NCBI GenBank assembly: GCA_004764695.1
Contig: SMSO01000036.1
Location: 62,001-126,000, forward strand
Direction of reading: 5' to 3'
DNA: 64,000 nt
Source of the DNA: Schizochytrium sp. TIO01
Taxonomy: Eukaryota > Protista > Bigyra: Labyrinthulomycetes
A model generated the notes under the pieces. That model was not told the origin of the DNA. It did not search any database and saw only the letters and a program-made list of their open reading frames with translations. The position numbers and the translations under genes were made by a program. Positions 59,413 to 64,000 of this stretch are shown piece by piece (the stretch's first letter is position 1; the number at the start of each line of letters is the position of its first letter).

Positions 59413-62357
59413 GTGACCGCGTAGCCACACCCAGACAGCCAGAATCCCACAACATCCGTCACACACTCAGTCCGTGAGGGTCAACAAACAGCAAATTATC
59501 AACTTCCTTCTCGCGGGTCTCTCTTATGACATAAAGGCAATAAGTAGCCGGTTAGCCGGCCAGTTACTTTGCCAATTGAAGGTCCCGCTCGAAGAAGCAT
59601 TTGATGTCTGTGTGACTTTTCACTTGTTTGTTTCAGCAAACAAACAAATTCGAGGTTATCCCCTGTACTACACATCATTTGATTGATTTATTCATTCGCT
59701 GTTGTTGGTGTCGTAGGACTTATGTACTCCTCTTTTTGTTGTGATTTCATGTGTGGAGTCTGGAATCTGAGTCTTAGATTCTCCACGTCGTCGTCATCGT
59801 CGGCGTCGTTGTTTTATGCACATAACAGGCTGACAACACCAGCGCCTCTATTACTCACATCCGTTCTAGTGTTATTACGTCTCCGTCCCATAAGAGTAGA
59901 TTGATTGTTTACACTTGTGTTGCTCTGCGCCTCTGCCAACATCAACATCAATAACAATTTCTACAATTGCCTCTCTGCAACATCTTCTACGGCCATCCCA
60001 AAAGAGCCCGTCCCACCCATACTACTTTTTTTTTACATGCCAATGCATTCTTTCATTCCTCTCAATTATCCATCCTTTTTTACACATAACTAAAAATCAA
60101 GTGAAAAATTGCCGTTTCTTTCTACTTCTAGTGGCCCACCACCCTTTGTTTTTAGCTTCCCCTAACCCCGAATTCCTGGCTCTTGAGTACAATACACCCG
60201 CGAGTCATTGACTCCCGGAGTCATACGAGTTGCTTGCCCCCCACACACAAGTTCTTCAGCTCCTTCTGATCAGTGTGTATTACCTGTTCGTTCCGTTACA
60301 CCTGGCGGTCTTTCTTCTTTCGTTCCTTCCTCTTGCCTGCTGCAGTGTGCCGTAACCTGCATGTCTACTCACTCGCCCACTGAGCTCAATTTCCTCAGCA
60401 TTTCCACCAGGGCTATGCGGGCATCAATTTGTAACGATTCCGCATAAAATTGCATGAGGTTTGGTTCCCGCCTACATATACTATGCATGATGAGTGTTTC
60501 TGTCCCTTAATGAAGATGCCACAGAATTAGACGCAGCGCTTAACATTCCGAGACGATCGCGTACGCTAGACTTCCAGGATCCCACACAAAAGCCCACGTG
60601 CCACGACATGGTCTCGCCAGCTCAGCGCTCCCAGCCGGGACGAGCTCCCAGAAACGGCCCAGCCCGTGCCTTTTGGTTGGCCTTCTGTCACCTTTCAAGG
60701 TGCGCACGGGAACCCCTTGAGTTTTGCGCAAACGGTCCCACAGAACAAACGCCAAGGTTTACAATTAAATTAGTAGTAGACAATTGCTAACACAGCACAC
60801 TGTTGATAGGAAGGATAAACACGTGCGATTCGCCATGATATAGACCCCGCTCTTTACAAGGTAGCTAGCTGCTTCCTGCCCCGGAGTGACATGAAGATTC
60901 CTCCGAGTGGATGTATCTGATCAGCAGCAGTGGCTTGACCTCTTCTTTGTCTCTTTATCTTCTCTCAAATTCAAGATTTTTTTTTTAAATTTAATATTAA
61001 TATATACATATAGATATTTAATTAATAAATACTAGTTTTGGGAAATGAATTGGATGAATGGCATCTTTGACAAGAATCTCTTTTCCTGTTTCATAGCACC
61101 CGTTCAAAATCATCTCCTTGTAGATTATCATGCTATTGATAATGCTCCATTCTGAAGGACGCTGGTGACTCTACGCGAATGGAGACCAGCATATCGACGA
61201 AAAGGAGTGCTTGCTCTACTGCTTCCAAGTCATGCTGTGGTTTCACGACCAAGGCATTTGTTTATTCTAGCCCGCCCGCAACGATGTGAAGGGTGTCTTG
61301 GATTGAGAAACTACCGTCTTAAGTAAATCCAAGCATTCTCTCTAGTCTTATAGCGAGAGAACCTCTGCGAATAGGACAACTTAACTTTGGTGTTCAGCAC
61401 TTTATCCTGCCATCGCAATCAAAAGTCGTCACAGATCACAACAGTCAGAATTCGATCTCAGCAAAAGACCCATAGGGTAGTTTGTAGTGCCTTTGCTTTG
61501 ATCTTGCGATCCCATATAGCCTCATGAATGCGACTGGGTCGAACACTTTGCCGACCTGAGAGAGTCTCCGCTACAAAGATGTTCCTGTATGGGTTGCATG
61601 GATATTCTAATTACTACATACACTTTGAGCGTGGTTCAAATGATTCCTTCAACGTGTGATGTTCTGGGCGCCCTACTTCCTGCAAATAATGGTACGGGGG
61701 CAATATTATTATAATTTAACTATATTATATGCATCACAGCGTAGATAAGCTATTAGTGATCCTATCATAAGCAACATCAATATGAAAGAGTATACCATCC
61801 TAAATATTCCAAGGCTCTGCATCTAATATGAGGTCCTGGAAAAAGTCTTCAATTGTTGTTCCCGGTCAGAGGTAGCAAGCTAAAATCTTTAGCTTGGTTA
61901 AAAATACAAGCCAAAATAATAGTATTTTCCGCAGCTTCACGAAAGGACAGGTCCGTGCTAGAATTGAGGGGTTTCAATTGAAACCACCTTTTGAGTAGTT
62001 AACCATAGGTGGAGTTCTGACAAAAGAACCCCAGGAAATTGATTATTGCATTTTAAAAACGTACACATATTTTCTGTTTCATTTTATCTGCTTAGCTCTG
62101 TAAGTGTGCTGGATGTTTTTGTGATACATTTGACTTCCTAAAAATCATCAGTTGGCTTGTGAAACTTTAAAAAGGAGAAAAGAAAGACCCCAATGTGGTG
62201 TACTTGTTTTGAACAGAAGTCAAGGTCTTTTAAAAAGGACAAGCAGAGACAGGCGAGATCCTTCACAAAGTAAACGAATTGAACGTTTCTCTGGAGGAGT
62301 CGGGTGCGTTGAGTTTAGAAATTGTGGAGAAACGAAATGATAGGTTAATGTACTCCA

Positions 62358-62422
62358 GGAAGACGCTTTTGTTTTCAAGAAACGCAATAATAGTTAGAGT
62401 TCTCGAAAACAAAACGTCTTCC
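62358..62422. repeat. Near-perfect ~24-bp inverted repeat (hairpin)
   Basis: GGAAGACGCTTTTGTTTTCAAGAAAC ... GTTCTCGAAAACAAAACGTCTTCC. Confidence 0.85.
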
Positions 62423-62904
62423 CGAACTATGTTGATAATTCGATGAATATCTAGAAAGGTTATGAGAGAAAAAGATTATATATATTTTACTTCATCGACC
62501 GACCGAGGATAGAGAGTCTTTTCAGAGTGCAATTTAAGGGAAAGGAAGATCTTATATTGAATGCTTCCGTGACATCTATGCATATAAAAAGAAAAGATAC
62601 CCATCATGACTGCAGTTCGATGCAAACTTTAGGCATCAATGTAAAAAAGAGCATTGACGAAACACTGTAAACCAAGGAATAATCCTACAATAAAATTCGG
62701 CCCGCTTGCACTAATATGCTCTGCGTGAGAACCTAGTGAATACAGCAGCTATGCCACTTATTAAATTAACTCCTCAAAGGTGCCTTCTTGCAGAGTTTTG
62801 TTGTGTCTGTTTATCGTGCAATGGCATCGAACAATGCCCTAGGTGCAGGAGCACAGTAGTTGATGATGCCATGCATATTATACATCAGGATGGTCATCAC
62901 AAAC

Positions 62905-63999
62905 TTAGCAGGGTACGTTGTGGTGTTGTGGATCATAGGGGTTGCAGTCAGACTCAAAAACTTCTGGAACATCGAATCCATCGAAAATGACAGGCAACTC
63001 CGATGACTCTTGGTCGTCAAAGGTCTGAGAAAGGAGAGGGAACAGCTTGCGCATGCGCAAGATGTAAAGAGTAAAGGTAGAGAATGGGCTTCCCAAGAAC
63101 TTGAGAGAATATGAACATACAAGCTGTTCGAGAATTCCCAAAATATCAAAGTACATGGTCGATGGGTATCGTGCAAGGAAAGAATTCAGCTTAACCTGAT
63201 CAAAGTCATGATAAGTGAATATCTCATAACCCATCTCACGAAGTGGGTCAAAATAGGATTGATTGCGTTCATCAGAAGCCACGTATATTTTGTTGGTGAT
63301 TGGCAAGAGATGTTTGAAGCGAGTTCCAAAGTAGTTGGGGTCACGAGCAATATCATCAAAAGCGGCCTCATGGCGTTTGTCACCACGGCGAAGATGAATA
63401 GCGTTATAATTTCCACCCAAAGAGTCCACAAGTTGCATTGCTTGTTCTTTCAATGTATCTGTAAATGTTAGATGATCTTTAACCTCAAGATACTGTGTGC
63501 TGTGCATCAGCAGGTCTACTGTGCGCCACATGGAAAAGTTTGCAAAGAAAAGAAACCGGGAGGGGTCGTTGCTGAACCACTTTTTGATGTCATTATCATG
63601 CCAAATGTTTCCAGCACTCATCTTCCGCGCATCACGCATCACGACACGCCATCCAGTCTCTGATGTGTCTGTAGTGAGGCCTGTACCTGTGAAAATATAA
63701 GGCGTAGCCCCGATGCTGTCGATCCAGCCAAGCAGTGAGAGTTCTTCGGGGATTGTGCGAACTTTGACAACCTCGGAAAGACGGTTGAGGTTGAAAATCC
63801 GCTGCATGCTTACCATCTTACGTGGGTGATGCATATTGTAACGAAAGTAAAAATTGGTATGTTGGCCGATGGGTGGCAGGATGCAAGTGCGGTTAAGAAG
63901 CTTGCAAATGACCAAAGCAGTCTCAAGCTGAATGCGCTGGTTATTGATTCCTCCCGAGGGTTGGTACACGAAGTATCGTTCATCAGACGAAAGATCGTT
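62905..63999 (-). CDS. GDP-fucose protein O-fucosyltransferase family protein, 5' end beyond the window
   Basis: GGINNQR, YNAIHLRRGDK, IYVASDE and EQLVCS...FLGSPFSTFT. The frame stays open to the right edge. Confidence 0.88.
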   Translation of the reverse strand, partial: NDLSSDERYFVYQPSGGINNQRIQLETALVICKLLNRTCILPPIGQHTNFYFRYNMHHPRKMVSMQRIFNLNRLSEVVKVRTIPEELSLLGWIDSIGATPYIFTGTGLTTDTSETGWRVVMRDARKMSAGNIWHDNDIKKWFSNDPSRFLFFANFSMWRTVDLLMHSTQYLEVKDHLTFTDTLKEQAMQLVDSLGGNYNAIHLRRGDKRHEAAFDDIARDPNYFGTRFKHLLPITNKIYVASDERNQSYFDPLREMGYEIFTYHDFDQVKLNSFLARYPSTMYFDILGILEQLVCSYSLKFLGSPFSTFTLYILRMRKLFPLLSQTFDDQESSELPVIFDGFDVPEVFESDCNPYDPQHHNVPC

Positions 64000-64000
64000 G

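Noticed and set aside
1-64000. tRNA or rRNA genes
   Set aside because: No cloverleaf with T-arm consensus and no rRNA signature was recognised by eye. A tRNAscan-SE or Infernal run would be decisive.

Overview
Eukaryotic, intron-poor genomic DNA. Flagellar genes, sparse GT-AG introns and microsatellite-rich intergenics suggest a flagellated protist, most plausibly a stramenopile such as a thraustochytrid (inference). About 16 host genes can be supported: a Slo/BK K+ channel, a DUF3128/EMI1-like protein, COG6, LRRC34-like, DRC3, a PKD2-like channel, a coiled-coil protein, 3-dehydroquinate synthase, a PHO80/U-type cyclin, an FCP1-like phosphatase, two SDRs, a TPR protein, choline/ethanolamine kinase and a partial O-fucosyltransferase. 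The main feature is an apparently intact IS607-type element at about 25.25-27.36 kb (minus strand). It carries a serine-recombinase tnpA, a Fanzor2-type RuvC nuclease and a predicted omega-RNA scaffold. The nuclease reading frame is open across the whole of tnpA in the +1 frame, so tnpA is fully overprinted. The element sits in an AT-rich, possibly virus-derived island (about 22.8-28.7 kb) that also holds a catalytically degenerate HIT-family gene, a ~40-bp non-coding repeat array and gene relics. Other oddities: a DHQ synthase carrying a SPIRAL1/Jupiter-like microtubule-binding tail, an SDR with a PTS2 signal, a ~15-kb gene desert and an unassigned hairpin-dense element at about 56.3 kb.
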